Assembly (NCBI GenBank): GCA_965199495.1
Contig: CBDASK010000003.1
Coordinates: 4,000,001-4,064,000 of the forward strand
From: Abditibacterium sp.
GTDB lineage: Bacteria > Armatimonadota > Abditibacteriia > Abditibacteriales > Abditibacteriaceae
Length of the DNA: 64,000 nucleotides
Direction: 5' to 3'
The notes below the pieces were generated by a model. It was not told the origin of the DNA. It searched no databases and saw nothing but the letters and a program-made list of their open reading frames with translations. The position numbers and the translations under genes were made by a program. Shown here one piece after another: positions 1-10,661 of this stretch; the first letter of the stretch is position 1; every line of letters begins with the position of its first letter.

Positions 1-680
1 ATTTTCGTCGTCATTTCCATTGTTTCGCCGCTCGATTTCACCACGCCAACGACGTGTTCGTCGGGCACGTTGACGTAAATCGTCTCGCCGTTAATCTGGA
101 ACGATTCGGGGTGCGAATCGAGTTCCAATCGCGCGCGCCAATCGGCCTGACGCGGCGCGGTCATGTTCAAATCGGCGGGCGAACGCGGCGGAGCAGCCAC
201 GCCGCCTTTGTCGGTTGGCAACAGCGCCTTAAGATCAATCGCTGACAGCGTGCCCGCGCCCGGCTCGCCGTTGCTGCCGACGTAAAGCGTTTGCGTCGGC
301 GCGTCGTAGCGCACGTTGTCGGAGTTGCGGCCCAGATCAACCCACGGCCCGGGTTTAAGCGTTTGCGCGTCGAACGAGCGCAGCGTGCCGTCGCCGCGAC
401 TGGCGACGAAAACGAAATCTGCGCCGGGCGCGTAAGCCAAACCCTGCGGTTCGGTCAACCCGGTGATTTCGGCGACGCGCCGTTTTTTGTTCAGATCGAG
501 AACCTCGACGCTGTGATTTTCCAGGCCAGCGAGCCACAATCGGTTGCGACGGGAATCGTAAGTAAAATGGTCAATGCGGCCCACAACGTTTGGCAATTCG
601 ATTTGGCCGACGGGCGTCAGCGATTGCGCGAAAGACGGCGCGGCGAAAAGGGCGAGCGCGAGTAGAGTTTTGCGAAACAT
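1..680 (-). CDS. Secreted YncE/YVTN-like beta-propeller protein (3' end runs off the window)
   Basis: Not in the ORF track. Manual translation from ATG at 680 gives [19 protein letters not shown] (signal peptide), then [30 protein letters not shown]...EPQGLAY...DNVRYD, typical of YncE-family propellers. Confidence 0.7.
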   Translation of the reverse strand, partial: MFRKTLLALALFAAPSFAQSLTPVGQIELPNVVGRIDHFTYDSRRNRLWLAGLENHSVEVLDLNKKRRVAEITGLTEPQGLAYAPGADFVFVASRGDGTLRSFDAQTLKPGPWVDLGRNSDNVRYDAPTQTLYVGSNGEPGAGTLSAIDLKALLPTDKGGVAAPPRSPADLNMTAPRQADWRARLELDSHPESFQINGETIYVNVPDEHVVGVVKSSGETMEMTTK

Positions 681-737
681 CGCAAACAATTTTACCAATC
701 CGCTTGCCCGCCAAAACAACTTAAACTTCTCTCACCA

Positions 738-2804
738 ATGCCCGCTCCCGAACTTTCGTTTCATTCGCTCTATCGTCACGGCTTCGTGCGCACCGCCGTG
801 GCTGTGCCGCGCGTGCGCGTCGCCGACCCGCATTATAACGCCGCGCGCACGCTCGAAATGGCACGCCGCGCCGCCCAAAATGGCGCCGCTCTGGCGCTGT
901 TTCCCGAATTAGGAATCACCGCTTACAGTTGCGAAGATTTGTTCGGCCAAGACGCGTTATTGTCCGCCACTCTCGACGCGCTGGGCGAATTTATCGAAGC
1001 GACGCGCGAACTCAACACGATTTTACTCGTCGGCGCGCCCTTGCGCATCGGCCATCGTTTGTTCAATTGCGGCCTCGCGATTTACAAAGGTCAAATTTTG
1101 GGCGCCGCGCCCAAATCGTATTTGCCCAATTATCGCGAGTTTTACGAAGCCCGCCAGTTCGCGCCCGCCAGTGCAGCCACGGCGACCGAGATTACCGTTT
1201 GCGGCCAGACCGTGCCTTTTGGCGCGCGTCTGGTTTTCGCGGCGAATAACCGGCCCGATTTCTCGTTTTCGATGGAAATCTGCGAAGACGTGTGGACGCC
1301 ACTTCCGCCCTCGACTTTCGCGGCGCTGGCGGGAGCGACGGTTTTGTGCAACTTGTCGGCGAGCAATATCACGATTGGCAAGGCCGATTATCGCAAGAAC
1401 TTGTGCAGTTCGCAATCAGCCAAATGTCTGAGCGCTTATCTGTATAGCGCGGCTGGCCCCGGCGAAAGCACGACCGATTTGGCATGGGACGGCCACGCCT
1501 TAATCTACGAGAACGGCGATTTAGTCACCGAATCGCCGCGCTTTTCGCGCGACGAAGAGATTATTTTCGGCGATATTGATCTCGAACGTTTAACCCACGA
1601 ACGCGCGCGTTTGACGAGTTACACCGACACCATCGAGCGTTGGAAAGACGAACTCGCTCTCGTTCGCACGGTTAATTTCGATTGGCAAGCGCCGACCGAA
1701 ATCTTCGCATTAGAACGCGACATCGAACGCTTTCCGTTCGTGCCCAACGACGAGGCTTTGCGCGACGAGCGTTGCTATGAAGCCTACAACATTCAGGTTC
1801 ACGGCCTGATGAAACGTTTGGAATTTATCAAGGGCGAGAAAATTGTCATTGGCGTTTCGGGCGGCTTGGATTCGACGCACGCGCTGATTGTCGCCGCCAA
1901 AACGATGGACAGACTGGGTTTGCCGCGCACCAATATTCTGGGTTATACGATGCCGGGTTACGCGACATCGGCGGGCACCAAAAGCAACGCGCACGCTTTG
2001 ATGGAGGCGTTGGGCGTGACAGTTCACGAAATTGACATTCGTCCGAGCAGTTTGCAGATGCTCAAAGACATCGAGCATCCCTTTGGCGCGGGCGAACCGC
2101 AATACGATGTGACGTTCGAGAATGTGCAGGCGGGCGAACGCACGTCGCATCTGTTTCGATTGGCCAATTTTCAGGACGCCATCGTTTTGGGAACCGGCGA
2201 TTTGAGCGAATTGGCGCTGGGCTGGTGTACCTACGGCGTCGGCGACCACATGAGCCATTACAACGTCAACGCCAGCGTGCCCAAAACGCTGATTCAACAT
2301 CTGATTCGCTACATCATCGAAAGCGGCGAATTCGATACAGCCACCGGCACGATATTGCAAGCGATTCTCGATACCGAAATTTCGCCCGAACTCGTGCCCG
2401 CAGATGCCGATGGCGACGCGGGCATTCAGTCCACGCAGCAGAAAATCGGGCCATACGAGTTGCAGGATTTCAATTTGTATTACATCACGCGTTTTGGTTT
2501 CGCGCCCTCGAAAGTCGCGTTTTTGAGCTATCACGCGTGGAGCAACGCGCAAGATGGCGATTGGCCGCCCGGCTTTGGCGAAGCGGCGCGCAATCAATAT
2601 TCGCTCGCCGAAATCAAACATTGGCTCCAAGTCTTTTGTTTTCGCTTTTTCCAGATTTCGCAGTTCAAACGCTCGACCGTGCCCAACGGCCCGAAAGTCG
2701 GCAGCGGCGGTAGCCTCAGCCCGCGCGGCGATTGGCGCGCGCCGTCCGATGGCGAAAGCGTGGTTTGGCTCGACGAGTTAAAGCGCAACGTGCCGGACGC
2801 GTGA
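738..2804 (+). CDS. nadE: Glutamine-dependent NAD(+) synthetase
   Basis: N-terminal nitrilase-like domain ([22 protein letters not shown]) and synthetase domain ([25 protein letters not shown]). Confidence 0.96.
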   Translation: MPAPELSFHSLYRHGFVRTAVAVPRVRVADPHYNAARTLEMARRAAQNGAALALFPELGITAYSCEDLFGQDALLSATLDALGEFIEATRELNTILLVGAPLRIGHRLFNCGLAIYKGQILGAAPKSYLPNYREFYEARQFAPASAATATEITVCGQTVPFGARLVFAANNRPDFSFSMEICEDVWTPLPPSTFAALAGATVLCNLSASNITIGKADYRKNLCSSQSAKCLSAYLYSAAGPGESTTDLAWDGHALIYENGDLVTESPRFSRDEEIIFGDIDLERLTHERARLTSYTDTIERWKDELALVRTVNFDWQAPTEIFALERDIERFPFVPNDEALRDERCYEAYNIQVHGLMKRLEFIKGEKIVIGVSGGLDSTHALIVAAKTMDRLGLPRTNILGYTMPGYATSAGTKSNAHALMEALGVTVHEIDIRPSSLQMLKDIEHPFGAGEPQYDVTFENVQAGERTSHLFRLANFQDAIVLGTGDLSELALGWCTYGVGDHMSHYNVNASVPKTLIQHLIRYIIESGEFDTATGTILQAILDTEISPELVPADADGDAGIQSTQQKIGPYELQDFNLYYITRFGFAPSKVAFLSYHAWSNAQDGDWPPGFGEAARNQYSLAEIKHWLQVFCFRFFQISQFKRSTVPNGPKVGSGGSLSPRGDWRAPSDGESVVWLDELKRNVPDA

Positions 2805-2810
2805 TGAATT

Positions 2811-3776
2811 ATGAAACGTAAAATCAAAGAAATCGTGCTGTTGCTGGTGCCCGTGGCTGCTCTTGCCGTTTTGGTGCCGGGGGTGCGTTGGTTTAACAAT
2901 TGGCGCGCAGTTCCACGCATTGAAATGTGCATTTTGCGGCCCGCGACAGCGTGGGAAGCATCGCAGGGGGCGACGGTCGGTTACACCGCGCGCACGGTCA
3001 CACCTGACGCGGGCGGGCCGTTTTGGAGCGGCGGCATCGAAATTCGCAACGCGCGCGGCGAGAGTTGGGCGAGCGATGCGCCCGGTTGGGGGAAAATCGC
3101 GGTGCCGAGCGACGATGATTATCCCGACGATGGCGTCGCAAGCGACGATATTGGTTCGGCGGATAATCGTAGCGGCGGAACTATGGAGCTTCGCGGCGGT
3201 TTGAAGTGGAAGCGGGTCGCGGAAAAAGATGCGAGTGTTCAAGCGGAAATCTCGCTGTGGCCCAATGTCGATGATGGCGCCCCTTATCACGTTGAAAAGA
3301 CGCGAATTTTTACGCTGCAAAATGAGGTTGCGCCGCCCCGCTTCAAGGCTTTGCGCCGCTCAAATTTTCAACTGGAAAAGGTGCAACTAACTACAAGTGA
3401 TTGTGGACAAGGATGTGGCTTGAGTCATCGTCTTGAGTTTCTCCTTGAACGTTCAAGCTCTATTCCAAAACCGTCGCTTTGTGTGAGTAGCGTTGGGCAG
3501 GGTAAGTTAAGTTTCAATGCGAATAATCAGGTTCTCCCGATAATTTCTGCCCTTGAAGATGATTGGTTTAAGCCTGGCCGAATGATGTCAATCACGATGA
3601 CGTATGATGAAAACACCCCGTCGCTTCGTGACCAACCCGCTCATTTTATTGGCCTACTCAGCATTGACGATGGCTGGCCGCAAGAAATCCGCGTCGAATT
3701 ACCGCAAGGTTTGCCCACACAAATCGGCACGATCAATTTGCCATTTACCGCCCCGCTCGCGCCGTTGCCCAAATAA
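2811..3776 (+). CDS. Hypothetical protein with N-terminal membrane anchor
   Basis: 321-aa ORF 6 nt after nadE; basic N-terminus followed by a hydrophobic helix (IVLLLVPVAALAVLV). Confidence 0.6.
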   Translation: MKRKIKEIVLLLVPVAALAVLVPGVRWFNNWRAVPRIEMCILRPATAWEASQGATVGYTARTVTPDAGGPFWSGGIEIRNARGESWASDAPGWGKIAVPSDDDYPDDGVASDDIGSADNRSGGTMELRGGLKWKRVAEKDASVQAEISLWPNVDDGAPYHVEKTRIFTLQNEVAPPRFKALRRSNFQLEKVQLTTSDCGQGCGLSHRLEFLLERSSSIPKPSLCVSSVGQGKLSFNANNQVLPIISALEDDWFKPGRMMSITMTYDENTPSLRDQPAHFIGLLSIDDGWPQEIRVELPQGLPTQIGTINLPFTAPLAPLPK

Positions 3777-3777
3777 T

Positions 3778-4764
3778 CTAATTCAACGCGCGGCTCAGCC
3801 AATTCGCGCTTTGGCGCGGCGAAACTTTGTCGCGCAACCAATCGCGCAGTTCGAGTTGGGCTTCCAACTTGTCGTGAGCCGACAAAGAAGATTCGATTTC
3901 GATTGATAATTGAACGTCGGGCGCGACGGTTTCCCAGCGGCCCCGCCAACGTTCGCCCCACCGCGTTTTCGGGCGGTTGGTGGCCTTCTTCCAACTCAGG
4001 CCGACCAGAACGAAATGCGATTCCATCAGGCGCAACAATGGCTCGAAGGCGGGCGAAACTTGCAGATCGCTGGCGAACGACGACTGCCAATCCTGACTGA
4101 ACCAGCCGCCTTCGTTGATCGGACTGCTCGCCGCGAAACTGCGCCGAAACGCTCCGCTTTGCTGCGGGTGATTCGGATCGCGCCGTATGAAAATGCGCGT
4201 GACGAGCGCGAAAATGCGGTTCAATTCGGCTTTGTCGCCCGCGAGCCATTGGAGCGGAATGTCGCGGCGCTCGCCCGGTTCCATCGCGCGATTGATGAGC
4301 GCGTCGGCGGCGTGGCTGTAAGTGCGGCGCGTGGCGTTTTGAAAATGGTTGCCCCAAATATCGAGCGTTTTACGGTCACGATGCACCGGCGTTTGGTGCC
4401 AATCGCGCGCGAACCACTCGCGTAGCCAACCCGAATAATCGGCGCGATGAACGATGGCTAAAGTTGTCGAAATGTTGGTGCCGGGCAACGTCGGGCGATA
4501 AATCACGAAACGCCCATAATTGTCGCGTTCGATTTCCTCGCGCCAAAATTCGATCAGTTCGTCGCCACGCATTTCGCGTTCAAATTGCCGCATTATCGCC
4601 CACATCGGCGCGCGTTTTGGTTCGCGGAAATAAATCATGCCCTCGCGCATTTTGAGCAGGAACTGCCGTTTGCGCCCGGCAATTTCGAGTTCGGTTTGCG
4701 CCTGCGGAATCGTTGAAGCGCCCGCCCCGCGATGTTCCCACGGCAAAATCGAAAACTCACGCAT
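3778..4764 (-). CDS. Hypothetical protein, C-terminal 'SAHDKLEAQLELRDWL' family
   Basis: Start moved to ATG 4764 (MREFSILPW), 2 nt after the upstream gene's stop; shares a C-terminal motif with the ORFs at 12370 and 30003. Confidence 0.65.
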   Translation of the reverse strand: MREFSILPWEHRGAGASTIPQAQTELEIAGRKRQFLLKMREGMIYFREPKRAPMWAIMRQFEREMRGDELIEFWREEIERDNYGRFVIYRPTLPGTNISTTLAIVHRADYSGWLREWFARDWHQTPVHRDRKTLDIWGNHFQNATRRTYSHAADALINRAMEPGERRDIPLQWLAGDKAELNRIFALVTRIFIRRDPNHPQQSGAFRRSFAASSPINEGGWFSQDWQSSFASDLQVSPAFEPLLRLMESHFVLVGLSWKKATNRPKTRWGERWRGRWETVAPDVQLSIEIESSLSAHDKLEAQLELRDWLRDKVSPRQSANWLSRALN

Positions 4765-4766
4765 AT

Positions 4767-5906
4767 TCAATAACCCCGCGTCGCGCGCAAGGCGAGCGCG
4801 CTCAAGGGCGGAATTTGGTCGAAAAATCGCAGCGCGGGCAAAGTTAAATTGGGCACGATGAAAAGCGGTTGCAGCGTTTGCGCCCAGCTCAAACGGCGCC
4901 CGAATTCGCGGTGCCAACTGGCGCTGTAAAGCGGCGCGACATCGGCGCGCTTCAAATCTCCACAGATCGCCGCGCCCGTCGTGGCTGCGGCCAACTCGCC
5001 GCTGCGCACGGCCATCGCCATGCCGTCGCCCGAAAGCGGATGAATAGTGCCCGCCGCGTCGCCCGCGCGCAAAATACCGTCTTCGCCGATGGGTTCGCGC
5101 TTCTCGAACGAAACATTGGCCGTCGCCATCCACGCGAAATCGGGCGTCGAGTTCGCCGTCGCGCGGCCCAGCGCGCGGTTTTCGATGCCGATTTTATCCC
5201 AGAACTGCTGCGGTTTCAATCCACGCGTCCGTTCGTAACTCGCCAGCAAACAAGCGTTGGTTAAACCGCCGCCGATGCCGACCAAACCGCAATAACCGCC
5301 GCGAAACGGAAACATCTGCACTTCGCCACTCGGCACATTCGCGCCGCGCAGATGCGTTTTGAATCCGACGAAACGGCGCGCTTTTGCGCGCGCCGTTACT
5401 TCGTGATGGATGCGCGAATTGCGTCCGCTCGCATCAATGACGAAACGCGCCTCGATGAAACGTTCGATGGCTTTGCACGCGCCGAGGCCCAGACGGTAAC
5501 CGTTTCCCAACTTCTCGATATGACCAACGCGTGTTTGTTCCAACCCAAAAACGCTCGCTTCGGCGCAAGCGCACCACATCAAGGCGTCGAGTTTTTGGCG
5601 CGACAGAGCGAATCCGCTCGCGGGCAACGGCATCGCGCCACCCATTCGCTTTGACGTTAAAATGCGGGCGCGATCAACCGGAATCGCGCCCGCGTTTTCG
5701 ATGGAGGCGGTCACGCCCAAACGCGCGAATGTGGCGAGGCTTTCGGGCGAAACGAACTCGCCGCAAACTTTATGACGCCCAGCTTGTCCGGCTTCGATGA
5801 GCGCGACAGAGCAGCCACGGCGAGCCAGTGCCAGAGCCGCGCTGGTACCTCCGAGACCCGCGCCTATGACGGCGACATCGAAAAAGGGGACGGCGGGGTG
5901 AGACAT
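4767..5906 (-). CDS. FAD-dependent oxidoreductase (geranylgeranyl reductase/monooxygenase-like)
   Basis: DVAVIGAGLGG dinucleotide motif, HKVCGEFVS, DASGR, GDAAGTIHPLSGDGMAMA. Confidence 0.85.
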   Translation of the reverse strand: MSHPAVPFFDVAVIGAGLGGTSAALALARRGCSVALIEAGQAGRHKVCGEFVSPESLATFARLGVTASIENAGAIPVDRARILTSKRMGGAMPLPASGFALSRQKLDALMWCACAEASVFGLEQTRVGHIEKLGNGYRLGLGACKAIERFIEARFVIDASGRNSRIHHEVTARAKARRFVGFKTHLRGANVPSGEVQMFPFRGGYCGLVGIGGGLTNACLLASYERTRGLKPQQFWDKIGIENRALGRATANSTPDFAWMATANVSFEKREPIGEDGILRAGDAAGTIHPLSGDGMAMAVRSGELAAATTGAAICGDLKRADVAPLYSASWHREFGRRLSWAQTLQPLFIVPNLTLPALRFFDQIPPLSALALRATRGY

Positions 5907-5917
5907 GGAAACAAAAG

Positions 5918-6607
5918 TTAGCGGCGCCAGTTCGCGCTCATGCGATAGGGAAAGCTGGTGGCGACCCATGCGCCTTCAATCGGCGCGATAATCTCGCGCA
6001 TTTCATCGGGCGTGTAAGCGCGATAAATCGAAGCGACCGCATCGTAACGCGTTAAATACGAACGTGCCAGAACCGGACGCGCCACGCGGAAAAACCATAA
6101 TGGCAACGCGTCGCGCACCTGATCGTGCATCGTCCAACCGACGCGCGCGACGCGACTAAATTCGTTTAGTAACGCGCGGATTTGTGGCGCGCGAAAGTGA
6201 TGCAGAAACAATGTCGAAATCACCACATCCACGCTTTGATCCCGCAGTGGCAAATTAAAAGCATCCGCACCTAAAAGTTCGATATTAACGTGGTTTATCG
6301 TGTCTTCGCGCGCGATTTGCAGATGGCGCGCGTTGATGTCGAGACCGATCAAATTTAATCTCACGCCGCGTTGTCGCGCCTGTTTTTTCAGCCGCAACAA
6401 AATATCGGCGTTGCCGGTTCCGATGTCCAAAATCGTCGCGTTTTTTGTGTCATCGAGCAGTTCCCAGACGGCATCGCACACCGGTTTGGCGCCGCCCATA
6501 TAGGTATTAATGCGCCGAATATCGCCCAACGAGCGGCGCACTTCGGAAAGATTTCCGGCGTGCAAATCGAGCAGTTCGGGCTTTTCGCGTTGGGGCAGGG
6601 AAGGCAT
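5918..6607 (-). CDS. SAM-dependent methyltransferase
   Basis: ILDIGTGNAD motif I, DVVISTLFLHHF, C-terminal YDAVASIYRAYT. Confidence 0.88.
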   Translation of the reverse strand: MPSLPQREKPELLDLHAGNLSEVRRSLGDIRRINTYMGGAKPVCDAVWELLDDTKNATILDIGTGNADILLRLKKQARQRGVRLNLIGLDINARHLQIAREDTINHVNIELLGADAFNLPLRDQSVDVVISTLFLHHFRAPQIRALLNEFSRVARVGWTMHDQVRDALPLWFFRVARPVLARSYLTRYDAVASIYRAYTPDEMREIIAPIEGAWVATSFPYRMSANWRR

Positions 6608-6613
6608 AATCTT

Positions 6614-6751
6614 TTAGCCACAGAAGGCACAGAGGGACACAGAAAAGAATGCAAAGAGCAAAAATAAAAGACAAAAACCAGTTCTTTTTCATCATAATTT
6701 CTTTGTTCTTTTCTGTGTCCTTTGTGTGTCCTCTGTGAACTTTGTGGCTAA
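6614..6751. repeat. Intergenic inverted-repeat element (TTAGCCACA...TGTGGCTAA) with 9-11-nt CACAGA subrepeats
   Basis: Arms are reverse-complementary; same termini as the element at 62881-63000. Confidence 0.8.
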
Positions 6752-6761
6752 TTCAAAACTA

Positions 6762-8039
6762 CTAATCTCCCTTACGCACGACCAAAGCCGCGTTTTTTGA
6801 GCCGAATCCCAGACAATTGCACATTGCGACATCCACGTTGCCTCGGCGTGGCTGGTTGGCGATGTAATCTAAATCGCACTTTTCGTCGGGATTATCGAGA
6901 TTAATTGTCGCGGGCAAAGTGCCGGTTTGCATCGCCACAATCGTCGCGCCCAAACCCGCCGAACCCGAAGCGCCCTGTGGATGGCCGATTTGCGATTTAC
7001 TCGAACTCATCGGCACATCATAGGCGCGCTCGCCGAAGACCATCTTGACAGCGGCGGTTTCGAGCGGATCGTTCAGATCGGTCGCGGTACCGTGCAAATT
7101 GACGTAATCAATTTCGCTTTGATCTACGCCCGCATCGGCGAGCGCCAGCGTCATGGCGCGCGCGGCTTCGTCGGGCGTTTTGAGCGCGACGCGATGATAA
7201 GCCTCGCAGGTCGCGCCAAACCCGCAAATTTCGGCGATGATATTGGCGCCGCGCGCCAGAGCGGTTTCGCGTTCTTCGAGAACGTAAATCCACGAACCTT
7301 CGCCCAAAACGAAACCGTCGCGGTCGGCGCTAAACGGGCGCGAGGCATGAGCGGGATCGTCGTTCCAATGTGTCGGCACGGCGCGCATCAGGCAAAATCC
7401 GGCCATCATGCCGGGCGTGACGCAACCGTCGGCGCCGCCGACAATCAAACGTTTCTCGCGGCCATTGCGAATCAAATCGAGCGCGTAACCCAACGCGTCC
7501 GATGAGGAAGTGCAACCATCGGAAACCGTGTGCGAGCGTCCGTTGAAACCGTGCGCGATGGAAATTTCCGACGAGACCATGCCGGGAATTGAACTCGAAA
7601 TCGCGTAGGGCGATAAGCGCTTGTCGTGGCCGGTGAACCACAACGCGAATTGTGCCTCGGCAAAAGAGAAGCCACCGCCGCCGCTGCCCAGCAAAACGCC
7701 GGTTTCATGTTTCTGCTCGCGCGTCATTTCGCCAAGTCCGGCGCTTTGAAGCGCCTCGCGCGCGGCGCACAACGCCAAGGGCACGACGCGCGGCACGCGG
7801 TTTAAATCTTTGGGATCGAGATAAAGCGACGGATCGAAATCGGGCACTTCGCCCGCGACCTGACATTCGAGCGCGTCTATATGCGGGTTAAGCGGGACGG
7901 GGATATCAGGATCGAATAATGAAATGCGGCGAATCGCCGAAGCGCCCGAAGTCAGGCCATCTGTCCACGCTTTCCAGCCTACGCCAAAGGGCGAAACGGC
8001 GCCGATTCCGGTGATGACGGCACGATTTGGTATTGACAC
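6762..8039 (-). CDS. Beta-ketoacyl-ACP synthase II (FabF-like ketosynthase)
   Basis: RAVITGIGAVSPFG, active-site GCTSS, RPFSADRDGFVLGEG, HGTAT, KSQIGH, GFGSKNAALV. GTG start at 8039 preferred. Confidence 0.88.
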   Translation of the reverse strand: MSIPNRAVITGIGAVSPFGVGWKAWTDGLTSGASAIRRISLFDPDIPVPLNPHIDALECQVAGEVPDFDPSLYLDPKDLNRVPRVVPLALCAAREALQSAGLGEMTREQKHETGVLLGSGGGGFSFAEAQFALWFTGHDKRLSPYAISSSIPGMVSSEISIAHGFNGRSHTVSDGCTSSSDALGYALDLIRNGREKRLIVGGADGCVTPGMMAGFCLMRAVPTHWNDDPAHASRPFSADRDGFVLGEGSWIYVLEERETALARGANIIAEICGFGATCEAYHRVALKTPDEAARAMTLALADAGVDQSEIDYVNLHGTATDLNDPLETAAVKMVFGERAYDVPMSSSKSQIGHPQGASGSAGLGATIVAMQTGTLPATINLDNPDEKCDLDYIANQPRRGNVDVAMCNCLGFGSKNAALVVRKGD

Positions 8040-8192
8040 AAAAGGTTTGGACGCTTCTAAAACGCAATCGGCGCGCTTATTTCTAATTATGGCAATTGCC
8101 AAAAACGCTTAGTGCAACCGCGAACGCTCGCGCAATTTGCCGCGTAACACGCAACGCGAACGCTGGCACTTTGTCCAGTGGGGCTGAGAACC

Positions 8193-8236
8193 TTGACGTG
8201 ACGGTCTTAGCGCACTATATTCAAGTCACTTGAATA
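8193..8236 (+). promoter_or_regulatory. Sigma70-like promoter with overlapping operator palindrome
   Basis: TTGACG (8193-8198), 17 nt, TATATT (8216-8221); perfect palindrome TATTCAAGT-C-ACTTGAATA (8218-8236). Confidence 0.7.
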
Positions 8237-8252
8237 AAAAGCAAATTTTTCG

Positions 8253-8448
8253 ATGCGCAACGTCCGTTTCCGCATTCGTCCGTTACGCCGTCGGCAAAAA
8301 CTCACCTTGAAAGACGTGCCGCGCAACGCGGTTTCACTGAAAGTTTGCTCTCGAAAATTGAGTCGGCAAAACCACGACGCCACTTGCTACCTTAACGCGC
8401 ATTGCAGCGACGATGGGCGTGTTTGCCGAGCGGTTTGAGACTCCATAA
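8253..8448 (+). pseudogene. Frameshifted XRE-family HTH regulator
   Basis: Three frames join into RFRIRPLRRRQKLTLKDV / RGFTESLLSKIE / GKTTTPLATLTRIAATMGV, an HTH_3 consensus. Confidence 0.75.
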
Positions 8449-8457
8449 AGGAAAAAA

Positions 8458-9450
8458 ATGAAATATCGGATTGCCATTATTGGTTGTGGCGGCGTATCTT
8501 CGATGCACCTCGAAGGCTGTGCGCGCCGCCGCGACCGCGTCGAAGTCGTCGCCGCGTGCGACCCCGATGCGTCGCGTCTCGCTGCAGTGCAGGAGGAATT
8601 TGGCATCGCGCAGGGTTTTGCCACAATCGAAGACCTGCTCGCGGGCGCCGATTTCGATGTGGCGATTGTCTGCACACCGACCAACGTGCGCGAAGCCGTC
8701 GTCGCGACTTTGGCGGCGGCGAAAAAAGCCATTCTGGTCGAAAAACCGTTCGCGTCGTCGCTCGAATCGGGGCAAAAAATGGTCGAAATTTGCGAGAAAA
8801 ACGGTGTTTTGCTCGCGGTTGACCAAAATTTTCGCACCCATTTTCCGTTTCATATCGCCAAAACGCAAATCGCCGCCGGAAGTTTGGGCGCGGTCACGGC
8901 GATTCACCTCCAACACCTTTGTTTTCGCCAGGACAGCGGCTGGCGCACGCGGGAAGAGCGCCACGTCATCGAAATTATGGGCGTGCATTGGCTCGATGGT
9001 TTTCGCTGGATTTTGAATCGTGAGGCGCACAGCGTGACGGCGCAAATCCGCCATTCCAATGCCATCAACTGCGCGGGAGAAACCGATTTGAGCGTGCAAG
9101 TCGCTTTTGAAGGCGGCACTTTTGCGAGCTACGCGGACAGTTTTTCATCGCACTTCAATCGTTGCGAAGCGCTGATTTTGGGCGAACGGGCGACGTTGCA
9201 ACTGGACTACAACGGCGCGACGCTGTTGGAGCGCGGAAAGGCACCGCAGCATTGGGAAAACCCGTTCGCGGGCCAAGGCAAACCCGATGCGGCGTTCGAT
9301 TGCCTGAATCAGCTTTTGGACGCGCTCGAAAACGGCACGCTACCCGGAAATGGTGGGCGTGACAACCTCAAAACTCTGGCGCTGATGGAAGCGGCTTACG
9401 CTTCCGCCGCAAGCGGCGCGACGGTGAATTTGAAGGTGAACGCGTCGTGA
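8458..9450 (+). CDS. Gfo/Idh/MocA family oxidoreductase
   Basis: IAIIGCGGVS, LVEKPFA, GVHWLD. Confidence 0.92.
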   Translation: MKYRIAIIGCGGVSSMHLEGCARRRDRVEVVAACDPDASRLAAVQEEFGIAQGFATIEDLLAGADFDVAIVCTPTNVREAVVATLAAAKKAILVEKPFASSLESGQKMVEICEKNGVLLAVDQNFRTHFPFHIAKTQIAAGSLGAVTAIHLQHLCFRQDSGWRTREERHVIEIMGVHWLDGFRWILNREAHSVTAQIRHSNAINCAGETDLSVQVAFEGGTFASYADSFSSHFNRCEALILGERATLQLDYNGATLLERGKAPQHWENPFAGQGKPDAAFDCLNQLLDALENGTLPGNGGRDNLKTLALMEAAYASAASGATVNLKVNAS

Positions 9451-10220
9451 CAAAACCGCGTTTCGCATTTTCAATTCCAACATATAGTGACGCCGAGCAA
9501 CGCGCGCTCTTCGAGGGTTTTGCAAGCGCCGGATTTGACGGTTTGCAACTCAAAGGCGGCCAATACGCGCGTTATCTGGACGCGCCAGAGCGATTCTTAG
9601 CGGAGTGGGGCGAGTTTGAAGGCGCGCGCGCGGCATTAATTGCCGGCGGGTCGCTCGATGAAAACGGCGTCGCGTCTTTGCAGCGGACTTTTAATTTCGC
9701 GGGGGAAATTGGTGCTGAAATGGTGGTTTTTTGTCACGGACAGGCGCGGGAGACCGTCGGCGACGCGCAAATTCGCGGTTTCGCGCGCCAACTGTCCGAA
9801 TTGGGCGCCGAGGCTGCGACGCGGGGCGTGAAATTGTCGCTGCATAATCATTTCGACAATCCGGTGATGCACCGCGCCGATTTCGACACGTTCTTTGGCT
9901 CGATTGAATTAGGAACCGTCGGTTTGACGCTCGACACCGCGCACCTACAAAAATCCGGTGTTTTCGACATCGCGGGCATAGTGCGCGATTTTGACGTTTT
10001 TCTCGACAACGTGCATCTCAAAGATTTCGCGGCGGGCCAATTCCAAACTCTGGGACGCGGCGAAATCGCGTTCGAGGCTGTTTTTACCGCACTGCATGAT
10101 CTCAATTTCGCGGGTTGGCTGTGCGCCGACGAAGAAAGCGATACGGGCCTTGAAGCCTCGTTGCGCGCCTCGTTCGCGTTTCTCGAAGCGGGCTGGAACT
10201 CTGCAAGGACAAATTTATGA
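9447..10220 (+). CDS. Sugar phosphate isomerase/epimerase (xylose isomerase-like TIM barrel, IolE-like)
   Basis: LHNH, LDTAH, VHLKD, LGRGEI; 4-nt overlap with the upstream gene. Confidence 0.85.
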   Translation: MTKPRFAFSIPTYSDAEQRALFEGFASAGFDGLQLKGGQYARYLDAPERFLAEWGEFEGARAALIAGGSLDENGVASLQRTFNFAGEIGAEMVVFCHGQARETVGDAQIRGFARQLSELGAEAATRGVKLSLHNHFDNPVMHRADFDTFFGSIELGTVGLTLDTAHLQKSGVFDIAGIVRDFDVFLDNVHLKDFAAGQFQTLGRGEIAFEAVFTALHDLNFAGWLCADEESDTGLEASLRASFAFLEAGWNSARTNL

Positions 10221-10576
10221 TCGCCAATTTAATCACCAAAACAACAGAAGGCGAAGTCCTCGACCTCGATTGGGGCCGCATCGTCTGGAAAACCGCGCGC
10301 GCTCTCGGTAACTCGCAAACCATGACGTTTGGCCTCGTCACCATCAAAGCGGGTCACGCCAATCCGCGCCATCGCCACCCCAATTGCGACGAAATTTTGC
10401 ACCTGATTTCCGGCGTAATCGAACACAGTCTGGGCGACGAAACGATGGAAATGAACGCGGGCGACACAATTTCCATTCCCACCGGCCTCTGGCACAACGC
10501 TCGGAACTTGGGCGAGCAAGACGCCCAAATGACAATCTGTTTTTCCTCCGCCGACCGCCAAACAGAAAACGAATGA
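10217..10576 (+). CDS. Cupin domain protein
   Basis: HRHPNCDEILHLISG...GDTISIPTGLWHNARN; ATGA overlap with the upstream gene. Confidence 0.88.
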   Translation: MIANLITKTTEGEVLDLDWGRIVWKTARALGNSQTMTFGLVTIKAGHANPRHRHPNCDEILHLISGVIEHSLGDETMEMNAGDTISIPTGLWHNARNLGEQDAQMTICFSSADRQTENE

Positions 10577-10661
10577 GAGCATCGAAAACACAATAGACAC
10601 CACGGGCGCAATGAATCATGGCGCCGAAGTGGCGAATTATCGCTTCAGAGCGGCGAGTGCG

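Noticed and set aside
4765..5133. N-terminal extension of ORF 3778..5133
   Set aside because: It overlaps the FAD oxidoreductase on the same strand; ATG 4764 just after that stop is more plausible.
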